Shown piece by piece: positions 36,268 to 46,765 of a stretch of DNA of 64,000 nucleotides. The translations under genes were made by a program, and so were the position numbers. The notes beneath the pieces were generated by a model, which worked only from the letters and a program-made list of their open reading frames with translations, was not told the origin of the DNA and did no database searches. Position 1 is the stretch's first letter. Every line of letters begins with the position of its first letter. This DNA is from Acidobacteriota bacterium (GTDB lineage: Bacteria > Acidobacteriota > JBCCFW01): the NCBI GenBank assembly GCA_039029535.1, contig JBCCFW010000006.1:26429-90428 (forward strand), written 5' to 3'.

Positions 36268-39138
36268 TCAGGCCGGCTCGATCGATCCCCGACGCATCAT
36301 GTCCTCGAGCTCGACCTTGACCCTCGCGAACTCCATGTCGAGAGCCTCGATGAGCTCGGGCGCCTTGGTCAACGACTCCGCCCGGGCGAGCACCTCGAGC
36401 TGCTTGCCGAGCTTGCGCAGGTTCTTCGCGCCGAGATAACCACTGCTCCCCGCCAGCGCATGGGCCTCACGCTCGACCAAGGTGGTGTCGGCCTTCTCGG
36501 CCGCCTCCTTGATCTCCATGAGCTTGTTGGGAGTGTCGAGGAGGTAGACCTTGATGACGTCCAGCACCATCTGCGTGCCGTCCTCGTCCGGCCCTCGGAG
36601 CTCGATGAGCGAGTCGACGTCGATGACCGGGTCCGCGTCGTCGGCTGCTTGAGCCGCCACCGGCGGCGGCAGGCCGGCCGAGGGCAGCTCGCCGATGGCG
36701 GTGGTCTTGCCCTGCAGCGGACCGCTGCGTTCGAGCGCCGCCTGCAGCTCCTCGACCCGCACGGGCTTGCCGATGAACTCGTCCATGCCCGCCGCCAGGC
36801 AGGCCTCGCGATCCTCGGTGAGGGCCGACGCGGTGAGCGCGATGATGCGCGGCGGCGTCCCGTCCCCCGACCAGTCCTGCCGGATCCGACGCGTGGCCTC
36901 GAGGCCGTCCATCTCCGGCATCATGACGTCCATGAGGATCACGTCGTAATGCTGACGACGCAGCGCTCGCACCGCCTCGACGCCATCGCTGGCGATGTCC
37001 GCCCGGTAGCCCATGCGCTCGAGGATGCGCAGCGCGACCTTCTGGTTCACCACGTTGTCCTCGGCCAAGAGGATGCGCAGCGGCAAGCGCGTGGCGAGCC
37101 GGTCGTCGAGCTGCTGAGCCTGGACCGGGCTCACCTCCGGCAGCTCGACGAAGACGCCCATGAGCACGTCGTGGAGCTGTGAGGCCTTGATGGGCTTGGT
37201 GAGGAAGGCCGCGAGGTTGAGCTCGTCGAGCCCCTTCCACTGCCAGCCGATCGAGGTCAGGAGGATGAGCGGCAGGTCCGCCACCTCCGGGCGCTTGCGG
37301 ATCTCGCGCGCCAGCATGACCCCGTCCATCTCCGGCATCTGCACGTCGAGGACCGCGACGTCGAACTCCTGCCCCTCCTCGAGCCAGGCGAGCGCCTCCG
37401 GACCGGAGCCCGCCGCCGACGGGACCATGTCCCAGGACTCCGACTGCAAGGTGAGCATGCGTCGGTTGGTCGCGTTGTCGTCGACGATGAGCAGGCGCTT
37501 GCCGTTGAGCGCCTGAGCGTCGATGGGGATCTCCGCCCGGGGCTGATCGGGCGCCTCGGCCGCGAGAATCGTGAAGCGGAAGGTCGTCCCGAGATGCAGC
37601 TCGCTCTCGACCTCCATGTCGCCACCCATGAGCTCGGTGAGCCGCTTGGCGATGGTGAGCCCCAGGCCCGTGCCGTCGTGTCGCCGCGTGGTCGACGAGT
37701 CGACCTGGGTGAACGACTGGAAGAGGTTGCCCAGGGCGTCTTCGGGGATGCCGCAGCCGGTGTCCTTCACCGCGAAGTGCAGCTCGTGCACGGTGTAGGG
37801 AACGCCCGCCGCGTCCACCTCGGGTGCGCCCCGACGCGCCTGGTCCGAGACCCACATCTTGCGGGAGCTGACCGTGATGGTGACCTCGCCCTGCTCGGTG
37901 AACTTCACGCCGTTGCTGAGCAGGTTGACCAGCACCTGCCGGAGACGCGTGACGTCGCCGGTGAGCGTCTGCGGGACGTCGCTCTCGACGACGTAGGCCA
38001 GCTCGAGCTTCTTGTCGGCCGCCGCCGAGGCGACGAGGTCGAGGGCTTCCTCGATGCAGCGACGCAGCTCGAAGGGCTGGGACTCGAGCTCGAGCTTGCC
38101 GGCGTCGATCTTCGAGAAGTCGAGGATCGAGTTGATGATCGACAGCAGCGCATCGCCACTGCCGCGGATGGTGTCGACGAACTCGCGCTGCTCGGGGTTG
38201 AGGTCGGTGTCGAGCAGCAGGCCGGTCATGCCGATGACGGCGTTCATCGGCGTGCGGATCTCGTGGCTCATGTTGGCGAGGAACTCGCTCTTGGCCTGGG
38301 CCGCCGACTCGGCCTCCACCGTGGCCTGGCGCAGGCGGGCCTCGGTCTTCTCACGCTCCCCGATCTCGGCCTCGAGCTCGTGGGTGCGCTCCTCGACTCT
38401 CTGCTCGAGCAGGGCGTGGCTGTCGGCCAGCTCGCGCTCTCGCTCCTGGAGCTCGTCGAGCATCTCGTTGAAGGCGCCGACGAGCTGCCCCACCTCGTCG
38501 CGTCCTCCCTGCTTCGCGCGCACCGAGTAGTCCTTGTCGACCGTGACCCGGCGCGACGCATCCGCGAGCTGGAGGATGGGGTCGGAGATGACGCTCTGGA
38601 GCTGCGACGACAGGAGGTAGGCGACGAAGGCGAGCACGAGCAGGGTGAGGCCGACGATGGTGCCGTACTGCCGAAGCCTCACGTTGACCTGCGCGAGGTC
38701 GAATTCGAGCTCGACCTTACCGACCGTCGCCCCCTCGTGGACGATGACCCGGGACGCGCTGAGCTCGCCGTCCTCGAAGACGTGCTGGGGATCGAGCTGC
38801 GCGGTCGAGACGACCGGGGCCTCGTCCCGCGATCGCAGGTAGCTCGCGACCGTGTGTCCGTTCGCGTCGAGGATGCGCGCGCTCCGGACGTGCTCGTGGA
38901 CCGACAAGGTGTCGAGCGTCTCCTCCACCGCGAGCTGGTTGCCCTTGGCGATGGCACCGGCGCTGTTGTCGCCGATGAGACCGGCGATCATCGAGACCTC
39001 TTCGACGGCGGCCTCGCGGAAGGTGACCAGCTCGTAGATCACGAACGCGGTCGCAGCCAGCCCGAGCGTGATGGCGCTGGTCAGGCTGATGACCAGCGTC
39101 AGCTTCCGCTTGATCGATAGATCTCGAAAGGAGTTCAC
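36268..39138 (-). CDS. Hybrid sensor histidine kinase (periplasmic CHASE8-like sensor, HAMP, HisKA, HATPase, 2 REC, HPt)
   Basis: [30 protein letters not shown], two receivers (LDVQMP, MDVMMP), AHALAGSS HPt. Confidence 0.93.
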   Translation of the reverse strand: MNSFRDLSIKRKLTLVISLTSAITLGLAATAFVIYELVTFREAAVEEVSMIAGLIGDNSAGAIAKGNQLAVEETLDTLSVHEHVRSARILDANGHTVASYLRSRDEAPVVSTAQLDPQHVFEDGELSASRVIVHEGATVGKVELEFDLAQVNVRLRQYGTIVGLTLLVLAFVAYLLSSQLQSVISDPILQLADASRRVTVDKDYSVRAKQGGRDEVGQLVGAFNEMLDELQERERELADSHALLEQRVEERTHELEAEIGEREKTEARLRQATVEAESAAQAKSEFLANMSHEIRTPMNAVIGMTGLLLDTDLNPEQREFVDTIRGSGDALLSIINSILDFSKIDAGKLELESQPFELRRCIEEALDLVASAAADKKLELAYVVESDVPQTLTGDVTRLRQVLVNLLSNGVKFTEQGEVTITVSSRKMWVSDQARRGAPEVDAAGVPYTVHELHFAVKDTGCGIPEDALGNLFQSFTQVDSSTTRRHDGTGLGLTIAKRLTELMGGDMEVESELHLGTTFRFTILAAEAPDQPRAEIPIDAQALNGKRLLIVDDNATNRRMLTLQSESWDMVPSAAGSGPEALAWLEEGQEFDVAVLDVQMPEMDGVMLAREIRKRPEVADLPLILLTSIGWQWKGLDELNLAAFLTKPIKASQLHDVLMGVFVELPEVSPVQAQQLDDRLATRLPLRILLAEDNVVNQKVALRILERMGYRADIASDGVEAVRALRRQHYDVILMDVMMPEMDGLEATRRIRQDWSGDGTPPRIIALTASALTEDREACLAAGMDEFIGKPVRVEELQAALERSGPLQGKTTAIGELPSAGLPPPVAAQAADDADPVIDVDSLIELRGPDEDGTQMVLDVIKVYLLDTPNKLMEIKEAAEKADTTLVEREAHALAGSSGYLGAKNLRKLGKQLEVLARAESLTKAPELIEALDMEFARVKVELEDMMRRGSIEPA

Positions 39139-39459
39139 GCTCGAAACCCGGACTTGGTGGTCGCCGCCCCCGATGGACTCCGTCGAGTCACTGTCTGAGT
39201 CGGACGGCGCGCTCTACCCGTTGCATTCATCGCGACCGTCGGCGCCGGAGTCCCGGAAGGCGGCGGGCTGGGTGCGTGGGCACCCGAGCTCCATCCCACT
39301 GCCCGGCGCGACCTCGTCGTGCAGGTCCCCGGCCCAGGCGCTGTCAGGATTCGCGGGAAGCTTACCGCTCATTTTCTGAAGGAACCAGTCCCGAACGGAA
39401 TTCCCATCGCTTTTTCGTGTCGCCCCTCGGGAGCGCTCACAGCCTACCTGCCGGGGGCT

Positions 39460-40008
39460 TCAGTCGCTCTCGAGCGCGGCGACGGCCAGGATCTGGTCCG
39501 CCTCCGGGGCGTACTCCCCGCCGATCTCGACGATGACGGGCAGGTGCCCCAGGGCCTCCTCGTCGCGCCCCAGGCCGAAGAGGGCCTGGGCCAGGAACCA
39601 GCGCGCGGGGGGAAAGCGAGGGGCCTCCGCGACGACGGCCTCGAGCGGCGCCAGGGCCTCCTGGTGACGCTGCGCCAGGACCAGGCAGACCCCGCGCAGG
39701 AGGTGCGCCTCGGTGAGGTCGGGGATCTCCGTCACGACCTCGTCGAAGGAGGCCGCGGCGGCCAGCAGCTCCTCGTCGGACTCGGCCGAGAGGTAGAGCA
39801 GGTAGGAGTCGAGGAGCGGCGCGAGACGTCCGTCCTCCCCCTGCCCGTCGGCACCCGTGACGGCCGGATAGGGGTACTTGTCGAGCAGCGCACGTGCCCA
39901 GTCCCGGGCCGTCTTGGGCGTGCTCTCCCGACGGCAGGCCGTGGTGGCGACGCCGAGGCAGAGAAGAACGAGGGCCACGAGCCGCAGGCTCCTGGCCCCC
40001 CTCGTCAC
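39460..40008 (-). CDS. TPR-repeat lipoprotein
   Basis: Lipobox-like ATTAC after a hydrophobic stretch; TPR helices (AHLLRGVCL, ARWFLAQAL). Confidence 0.65.
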   Translation of the reverse strand: MTRGARSLRLVALVLLCLGVATTACRRESTPKTARDWARALLDKYPYPAVTGADGQGEDGRLAPLLDSYLLYLSAESDEELLAAAASFDEVVTEIPDLTEAHLLRGVCLVLAQRHQEALAPLEAVVAEAPRFPPARWFLAQALFGLGRDEEALGHLPVIVEIGGEYAPEADQILAVAALESD

Positions 40009-40034
40009 GACGGCTCCGTTCCGGGAGCTAGGGC

Positions 40035-40925
40035 TCACCCGAAGTCCTGCCCGGTGAGCCGGCGGTAGGCCTCGAGGTACTTGAGCCGTGTCTGCTCGAC
40101 GACGTTCTCGGGGAGACCGGGCGCCGGCGGGGTCCGGTCCCAGTCGACCTGCATGAGGTACTGCCGGACGTATTGCTTGTCGAAGGACACCTGCGGACCG
40201 CCCGGACGCCACTGCTCCTTCGGCCAGAAGTGCGACGAGTCGGGCGAGAGCACTTCATCGGCGAGGATGGGGGTCTCCTCCTCGTCGTAAGGCAGGACGC
40301 CGAACTCGAACTTCGCATCGCAGAGCAGGAGGCCGCGCTCCTCGCAGATCTCCATGGCGCGCGCGAAGATCTCGAGGGTGATCGCCCTCAGCTCCTCGGC
40401 GGCCTTCGCCCCGATGATCTCCACCGTCTGGTCGAAGGTGATGTTCTCGTCGTGCCCGTCGTCGACCTTGCGAGCCGGCGTGTAGATGGGCTCGGGGAGA
40501 CGGTCGCCTTCCTTGAGGCCCTCGGGCAGCTCGACACCGCAGATCTTGCCGGTCGTCCGGTACTCCTCCCAGCCGGAGCCAGCGAGGTAACCGCGCGCCA
40601 CGCACTCGACGGGCCACATGTCGAGCCGGTCGACGATCATCGAGCGGTCGACGATCTGCGGGTCGTTGGCGTCGACCATCGGCGGCAGGGTCTGGTCGTC
40701 GGCCAGGTGGTTCGGGACGTCCTGGAAGACGTCCATCCAGAACTTGCTGAGCGCCGTCAGGAGCCGGCCCTTGTCGGGGATCGGCGTGGGCAAGACGACG
40801 TCGAAGGCCGACACGCGGTCGGTGGCGATGATCAGCAGCCGATCGCCGAGGTGGTAGACGTCGCGGACCTTGCCGCTGCGCATCATCGCCAGGGGCAACA
40901 TCGTGTGCATCATCGCTTCGGCCAC
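40035..40925 (-). CDS. purC: SAICAR synthetase
   Basis: SGKVRDVY, TDRVSAFD, ECVARGY, DAKFEFG, DEVLSPDSS, FDKQYVR. Confidence 0.95.
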   Translation of the reverse strand: MAEAMMHTMLPLAMMRSGKVRDVYHLGDRLLIIATDRVSAFDVVLPTPIPDKGRLLTALSKFWMDVFQDVPNHLADDQTLPPMVDANDPQIVDRSMIVDRLDMWPVECVARGYLAGSGWEEYRTTGKICGVELPEGLKEGDRLPEPIYTPARKVDDGHDENITFDQTVEIIGAKAAEELRAITLEIFARAMEICEERGLLLCDAKFEFGVLPYDEEETPILADEVLSPDSSHFWPKEQWRPGGPQVSFDKQYVRQYLMQVDWDRTPPAPGLPENVVEQTRLKYLEAYRRLTGQDFG

Positions 40926-40997
40926 GGGACCTCCTCTGCTTCTCTCTTCGTGCTCGAACTCGACCAAGCCGGGCGGGTCAACAAGGGAACGGCGGGC

Positions 40998-41378
40998 TCA
41001 GTCGTCCAGGAGCTTCTGGTAGTCCGCGGCGCTCATGAGCTCGGACAGCTCGTCGGTCGAGCCGATCTTGACCTTGAGCATCCAGCCCTCGCCGTGCGGA
41101 TCGTCGTTGACGGTCTCGGGCGCGTCGGCCAGCGCCTCGTTGACCTCGAGGACCTCGCCCGACAGCGGGGCGTAGAGCTCGGAGACCGCCTTGACGGACT
41201 CGACCGTGCCGAACTCGGCGCCGCGCTCGAGGTTGGCGCCCGGCTCGGGCAGCTCGACGAAGACCACGTCGCCCAGGGCGTCCTGCGCGTGATGGGTGAT
41301 GCCGACGGTGCCGGTGTCACCCTCGATGCGAACCCACTCGTGGTCCTTGGTGTACTTCAGCTCTTCGGGATGCTGCAC
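40998..41378 (-). CDS. gcvH: Glycine cleavage system H protein
   Basis: YTKDHEW, LGDVVFVELP, ESVKAVSE (lipoyl Lys). Confidence 0.97.
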   Translation of the reverse strand: MQHPEELKYTKDHEWVRIEGDTGTVGITHHAQDALGDVVFVELPEPGANLERGAEFGTVESVKAVSELYAPLSGEVLEVNEALADAPETVNDDPHGEGWMLKVKIGSTDELSELMSAADYQKLLDD

Positions 41379-41402
41379 GGCTGCGTTCTCCAGGACGTCC
41401 GG

Positions 41403-42533
41403 CTACTCGGCCGACGGCCGGCGGTAGAAGGGCAGGTCGACCACGCGGACCGGGAGCTCCCGACCGCGCACCTCGACGACGAGCTCGCGTCCGGTCTCCG
41501 CGACGCCCGCCTCGACCAAGGCCATCGCGATGGCCTTCTCCAACGTGGGTGAGTGGGTTCCCGAGGTCACGAGACCGACCTCGGCTCCACCCGGCTCGGC
41601 ACGCACGACGTGGCCGTTGCGAGCGATGCCTCGTCCGAGCACCTCGAGCCCGATCAGACGACGGCTCGGGCCGGACTCCTTCTCGTTCCGGAGACGCTCC
41701 GAACCGGCGAAGTCGCCCTTGCCCAGCTTGACGGTCCAGTCGAGCCCCGCCTCGATCGGGCTGACGGTGTCGTCGATGTCGTTGCCGTGGAGGCAGAGCC
41801 CCGCTTCGAGCCGGAGCGTGTCGCGAGCGCCGAGACCGATGGGCGCGACCTCCTCCTCCGCGAGCAAGGCCTCGAAGACCGCCTCGGCCTCCGCGTTGGG
41901 CAACATGATCTCGACGCCGTCCTCACCCGTGTAGCCGGTGCGCGAGATCATCGTGAACGGCCGACCGGCAACGGTCCCCTTCCGGAGGAAGCCGAAGCTG
42001 CGCAGCTTCGCAGGACGCTTGCCCCCGTCCTCGGTCTCGAAGAGACGCTCGAGGACGTCGATGGCCTTCGGTCCCTGCAGGGCGAGCAGGGCCTGGTCGG
42101 CGGACTGGTCGTCCAGGGTGACCGAGCCCTCGAAGCCACGCTGGGCGACGAGCTCGAGCAGGCGCTCGCGGTCCCGGTCGATGTTGGCGGCGTTGGGCAC
42201 GACGGCGAAGCGCTGGTCGCCGAGCCGGTAGACCAGTAGATCGTCGATGAGGGTGCCGTCGTCGGAGAGGAGCGAGCTGTAGTGCGCCCGTCCCTTCCGG
42301 AGCTTGCCGACGTCGTTGGGCGTCGCCCACTGGAGGAGCGCCTCGGCCGACTCGCCCTCGAGGAAGAACTGCCCCATGTGGGACACGTCGAACAGGCCGG
42401 CGCTGGTGCGCACCGCTCGGTGCTCGGCCACCACGCCCTCGAACTGCACGGGCAGCTCGTGGCCCGCGAAGGGGACCATCCGCCCCCCGTGCCGCACGTG
42501 TGCTGCGTGCAGTGGCGTCTTCCTCAGCGTCAC
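41403..42533 (-). CDS. gcvT: Glycine cleavage aminomethyltransferase T
   Basis: [33 protein letters not shown]. Confidence 0.96.
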   Translation of the reverse strand: MTLRKTPLHAAHVRHGGRMVPFAGHELPVQFEGVVAEHRAVRTSAGLFDVSHMGQFFLEGESAEALLQWATPNDVGKLRKGRAHYSSLLSDDGTLIDDLLVYRLGDQRFAVVPNAANIDRDRERLLELVAQRGFEGSVTLDDQSADQALLALQGPKAIDVLERLFETEDGGKRPAKLRSFGFLRKGTVAGRPFTMISRTGYTGEDGVEIMLPNAEAEAVFEALLAEEEVAPIGLGARDTLRLEAGLCLHGNDIDDTVSPIEAGLDWTVKLGKGDFAGSERLRNEKESGPSRRLIGLEVLGRGIARNGHVVRAEPGGAEVGLVTSGTHSPTLEKAIAMALVEAGVAETGRELVVEVRGRELPVRVVDLPFYRRPSAE

Positions 42534-42734
42534 GCTCTGGTCACCCCGTTTGACCCGGGGGTGAGGGGGCTGTGCCCGCGGCCCCCGGGAAGCGTCACGA
42601 CGAGCTGGTCGACCACGGTGTCAACCGGCCATCGAAGACGGTCCGCCTCTTGCGAGGAAGAGGCGGAGGATAGCACGGAGACCCCCGTTTCCGAGCCGAG
42701 ATCGGCGTCCGTACCAACCCGAAAGTCGCCGTCT

Positions 42735-43703
42735 TCAGGAGCCGGAGGCCCAGCCCTCCAGGCTCTCGAGGAAGGCCACGAGATCGGCCGGCAAGGGCGC
42801 CTCGAAGCCGACGGGCTCCCCGGTGCTCGGGTGCGGGAAGACCAGCCGGCGAGCGTGCAGCGCCGGACGCTCCCAGCGACGGAGTAGGGCCCGGAGCCGC
42901 GGGTCGCTCACGGCCTTCCAGCGCCCCGGGCCGTAGACCTCGTCGCCCACCAGCGGGTGACCCTGGTGGGCGAGGTGGACCCGGACCTGATGCGTGCGGC
43001 CCGTCTCGAGACCGACCTCGAGCAGGGCCAGGTGACGACCGTAACGCCGCTCCGCGGCCCAGCTGCTCCTGGCCACCCGCCCTTCAGCGCTCACCCGCAT
43101 CCGCGTGCGGTGCTGGGGGTCGCGGGCGATGGGGGCATCGACGCGCCCGGTCGGCGCCGGGTCGCCGTGAGCGAGGGCCAGGTAGCGCTTCTCGACACGA
43201 CGGTCGGCGAAGGCCGCCGACAACTTGGCGTGGGCCGCACGGGTCCGGGCGACGACCATGACCCCGCTGGTCCCTCGGTCGAGCCGGTGCACGAGACCCG
43301 GCCGACCGGCAGCACCGACCTCGCGCAGCCGCTCCCCCTCGTGGTGCAGCAGGGCGTTGACCAGGGTCCCTCCCGGCACGCCCGCGCCGGGATGGACGAC
43401 CCTCCCCGGCTCCTTGTCGATGACGAGGAACTCGTCCTCGGCGTGGAGGACGGTGAGGGGCAGGTCCTCGGGCTCCAGCGCTCCGGGGTCGTCGGGCGGG
43501 GCGTCGAAGCCCTCGGCCAGCTCGAGGACCTCTCCCCCCTTGAGCTTCACGCCGGGCTTGAGCGCCTTGCCGTTGCGGGTGACGAGACCGTCCCGTAGAC
43601 GCTGCGCGAGCAAGCTGCGGCTCAGCTCGAAGCGCTCGATGAGGAAGACGTCGAGGCGTGATCCCCGTGCCTCGATCGGCACGACGAGACGCTCCGAGCT
43701 CAC
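42735..43703 (-). CDS. rluD: RluA-family pseudouridine synthase with S4 domain
   Basis: RLDVFL, HRLDRGTSG, ETGRTHQVRVH, LHA. Confidence 0.92.
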   Translation of the reverse strand: MSSERLVVPIEARGSRLDVFLIERFELSRSLLAQRLRDGLVTRNGKALKPGVKLKGGEVLELAEGFDAPPDDPGALEPEDLPLTVLHAEDEFLVIDKEPGRVVHPGAGVPGGTLVNALLHHEGERLREVGAAGRPGLVHRLDRGTSGVMVVARTRAAHAKLSAAFADRRVEKRYLALAHGDPAPTGRVDAPIARDPQHRTRMRVSAEGRVARSSWAAERRYGRHLALLEVGLETGRTHQVRVHLAHQGHPLVGDEVYGPGRWKAVSDPRLRALLRRWERPALHARRLVFPHPSTGEPVGFEAPLPADLVAFLESLEGWASGS

Positions 43704-44545
43704 GAGACCGGCACCCCCGCCTCGTCGAGCTCGGCCGCGCCGTCCGGCCCGTCGGCACCCGACGACGTGTCGTCATCGAGGGGCGTGGGCGGGTGCCGCT
43801 TCCGGGCGCAGTACACGAGGAAGATCAGGCCGATGACCATCGCGCCGATGCCGACCACCTGCGAGGTCGAGAGCAGGTCGCCGAACCAGCGTCCGCGCGG
43901 GTCGCCGCGGTAGGTCTCGAGCCAGGTGCGGAGCGCACCGTAGGCGACCACGTAGGTCCACCAGGTCTGACCGGCGAAGCGCTGCCGCGAGAACAGCCAG
44001 AGAGCGCCGAGCATGAGCAGCAGCTCACCACCCGCCTCGTAGACCTGCACGGGATGCACGGCGAGCCCGCCGAGCGAGTGATGCGCCACCGCGTGCTCGG
44101 AGTGATAGACCACCGCCCAGGGCAGGTCGCAGGCACGGCCCCAGCAGCAGCCGGCAAGGAAGCAGCCGATGCGACCGAAGGCATGGCCCAGGGCCAGCGC
44201 GGGCGCGCAGACGTCAGCCAGCGCGTGCAGGGGCAGGCCCTTGCGGTGCGCGAGGACGGGCGTGACGACCGCCGCCGCGAGCACGCCACCGTAGAACACG
44301 CCTCCCTGGAGGAGCAGGGCGAGCGGCTCTCGGAAGAAGTCGCTTGGCTGCTCGAACACCAGCAGCAGCTTGGCACCGAGAAGCCCCGCCAGGCAGGACC
44401 AGGCGAGGACGTCCTGCACGGCCTTCGGATCCATCCCGCGACGACGCGCCAGCTTCCCGGTCAGGGTGAGCGCTGCGATGAGCCCCAGCGCCACCATGAG
44501 ACCGTAGGGAGTGGGGACGGGCAAGGGACCGAGACGGGGCCACAC
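43700..44545 (-). CDS. lgt: Prolipoprotein diacylglyceryl transferase
   Basis: YGLMVA, GGVFYGG, FGRIGCFLAGCCWG, HPVQVYE, E..R.D. Confidence 0.94.
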   Translation of the reverse strand: MWPRLGPLPVPTPYGLMVALGLIAALTLTGKLARRRGMDPKAVQDVLAWSCLAGLLGAKLLLVFEQPSDFFREPLALLLQGGVFYGGVLAAAVVTPVLAHRKGLPLHALADVCAPALALGHAFGRIGCFLAGCCWGRACDLPWAVVYHSEHAVAHHSLGGLAVHPVQVYEAGGELLLMLGALWLFSRQRFAGQTWWTYVVAYGALRTWLETYRGDPRGRWFGDLLSTSQVVGIGAMVIGLIFLVYCARKRHPPTPLDDDTSSGADGPDGAAELDEAGVPVS

Positions 44546-44600
44546 GACGAGACATCCTGTCCGAGAGCGGGGGCGCGGCTAGGGGCGACCGCGGAGGAGA

Positions 44601-45296
44601 CTAGTCTGTCGACTCCCCCACCGTCACGCGAGTCCGACGCAAGGCCGTGACCAGCAGCAGCGCACCCCCAGCGAGAGTGGCGAGCACGGCCAGGGCGAGC
44701 CGCGGCCAGGGCGGCGGCGCCGGCAGCAGCACCGCGCCGATGAGCAGGCTGGCGCCCGTGCCGTGCAGGGCCAGCCCCGACACCTTCCCGCCGGCCCAGC
44801 GACCGCCCGCGTCCTCAGTGCCGACGGCGCTCGGATCGGGTGCGACGAGCAGGCAGCAGGCCAGGGTGAGCCCACAGCCCGCGAGCACGGCCAGGGCGGG
44901 CGAGAGGCCGACGCTCCCGGTCAGCAGTCGGAGGCCGACCCAGGCGGCGCACCACGCGGGGAGGCCCACCGCGAGCCCGTCCAGCAGGCGCATGGGCCGT
45001 CGCGCGACGAGGGCTGCCGTCGTGACCACGGGCGTCAGGCCGATCAGCACCTGCGAGAGCGGCCAAGGGCCGGTGAGCACCCGAACCAGGGAGCCGAGCT
45101 CGAAGTCCAGGTGCCCCCGGACAGCGGCGATCACGACCACCGTGAGCAGCACGACGGCCAGGCCGATGAGGTGCAGCCAACGGACTCGCCGAGCGAGCTT
45201 GCGCTCCCCCACGGTCCAGGCGCCGACCTCGCTGGAAAGAAGAAACGCGAGGGCGGGGATGACGCCGGCCGGCGTCGGCGCGAGCTCCAGGCTCAA
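44601..45296 (-). CDS. Multi-TM hypothetical protein, possibly a degenerate Lgt-like protein
   Basis: TTG start overlapping the lspA stop (TTGA); about 6-7 hydrophobic helices; fills the gap between lspA and lgt. Confidence 0.55.
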   Translation of the reverse strand: MSLELAPTPAGVIPALAFLLSSEVGAWTVGERKLARRVRWLHLIGLAVVLLTVVVIAAVRGHLDFELGSLVRVLTGPWPLSQVLIGLTPVVTTAALVARRPMRLLDGLAVGLPAWCAAWVGLRLLTGSVGLSPALAVLAGCGLTLACCLLVAPDPSAVGTEDAGGRWAGGKVSGLALHGTGASLLIGAVLLPAPPPWPRLALAVLATLAGGALLLVTALRRTRVTVGESTD

Positions 45297-45925
45297 GGGG
45301 TCGTCGGGGCCGCCGTCTCGCTCGGCTCGTCCGGCGGGCTGGACGACGGCGGAGGCTCCTCGTCCAACACGGGAGACGCCTCGTCGGCGTCCTCCGTCAG
45401 CAGGAAGCTCGACAGCAGCAGGCCGCCGATGCCCGTGCAGATGCACGAGTCGGCGATGTTGAACGCCGGCCAGGACCAGTCCTGCCGGTAGAACAGCAGG
45501 AAGTCGACCACCTCACCGAGTCGGAACCGGTCGGTGAGGTTGCCCATCGCCCCTCCCACGACCAGGGCCAACGACCACTGACGCAGCCGATCGCGGTACG
45601 GGAGCTGAAGGGCGTGCCACGCCGCGAACAGCGTGACGAGCACCGGGAGCCCGAGGAAGATGACCTGACGCATCGTCTGGGAGAGCCCCTGCCCCAGGCC
45701 CCACACGCCCCCCGTGTTCACGAGGTAGGTGAGGTCGAAGAGACCGGGGATGACCTCGCGCCGCTGGTACAGCGCGAGCTCCGAGACGATCCACGCCTTG
45801 GTGAGCTGATCGAGAGCCAGGACACCGATGACGAGCAGGCCCTGGCGCCAGCGCCGGGCCGCGCGAGCGAGCAGCCCGCCCTCGTCGGTCTGGGTGGTGC
45901 CGCTCGGCGTGTTCTCGGTGCTCAT
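45293..45925 (-). CDS. lspA: Lipoprotein signal peptidase II
   Basis: DQLTK, NTGGVWG, GGAMGNLTDR, VVDF, PAFNIADSCI. Confidence 0.96.
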   Translation of the reverse strand: MSTENTPSGTTQTDEGGLLARAARRWRQGLLVIGVLALDQLTKAWIVSELALYQRREVIPGLFDLTYLVNTGGVWGLGQGLSQTMRQVIFLGLPVLVTLFAAWHALQLPYRDRLRQWSLALVVGGAMGNLTDRFRLGEVVDFLLFYRQDWSWPAFNIADSCICTGIGGLLLSSFLLTEDADEASPVLDEEPPPSSSPPDEPSETAAPTTP

Positions 45926-46066
45926 GGAGGCTCGATTCGGGAGGGACAGACACGACGAGGGCCGCCGAGCATGCTCGACGGCCCCCGAGTCGCCACGGTC
46001 AAGTCAGCTTGCGTGAAGCCTGAGCGACCGGCGGCGTGCTGGACTCAGTCCTGAAGTCGGAAGACT

Positions 46067-46537
46067 TCAGGGGGAGGGGTGCTCCAGGGTCCAGTCGTCG
46101 ACCGAGGTGGTCGTGGTGTTGTCGTTGAGGATGAAGTCCTCGATGTTCGCCACGAACTCACGGCGGAACTTCTTGATGATCGAGCGCGCCTCGAGCTTGG
46201 TGACTTCGCGCTCAGCGTTCTCGGTGAAGATCGCGATGTCGATGAAGCGAAGCATGTGAACCATCGCGCCCTCGGTCAGGGTCGCGTTGGCGTCCCAACC
46301 GTCGAGCGGCTCCATGCCGAGCTGCGAGAGCGCCGCGATGGCGTTCTCGGCGTTCCAAGTCTGGCGGACGTCACGACGCATCTCCTCGACGATGAGGATG
46401 GCGAAGTAACCTTCGGTCGCGTACTCACCCTCGGCAATCGCCCGACCGAAGGTCTGGGCGGAAGCCGGGAGAGCAAGGGCCGACATGAGCGCGGTGACGG
46501 CGAGGCCGAAACCGATCTTCCGAGCTGCCTTCTGCAT
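46067..46537 (-). CDS. Small exported protein with SLH-like repeats
   Basis: Signal peptide (LPASA-Q); three T-E/K-x-x-hydrophobic helix starts; near-consensus promoter upstream. Confidence 0.65.
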   Translation of the reverse strand: MQKAARKIGFGLAVTALMSALALPASAQTFGRAIAEGEYATEGYFAILIVEEMRRDVRQTWNAENAIAALSQLGMEPLDGWDANATLTEGAMVHMLRFIDIAIFTENAEREVTKLEARSIIKKFRREFVANIEDFILNDNTTTTSVDDWTLEHPSP

Positions 46538-46692
46538 CTTTTTCTTCCTTTGCTCGAGCCCTCGAGGGCCCCTTCAAGCACGGCTGAATCATTTCACGCC
46601 GCGCGATACGCCATTCGTCTCGGGGGCCGCAAGAAACGACCTTCCTCGACGCGAGGGCTGACTCGGAGGGCGTGAGCATCCCAGTCGCCGTG

Positions 46693-46722
46693 ATCATAGG
46701 AGACGGCCCGGATGCCTGTCAA
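46693..46722 (-). promoter_or_regulatory. Near-consensus sigma70 promoter for 46067-46537
   Basis: Minus strand TTGACA-N18-TATGAT. Confidence 0.7.
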
Positions 46723-46765
46723 GAGCCCACAAGTGCCCAGATATCAAGCACTTGCGGGCCCGACG

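Noticed and set aside
42534-42734. Glycine or ZTP riboswitch upstream of gcvT-gcvH-purC
   Set aside because: I could not find the GGAGA/CCGAAG/CTCTCAGG or pfl motifs; only a simple hairpin (TCCGCCTCTT/AAGAGGCGGA) and a possible extended -10 are visible.
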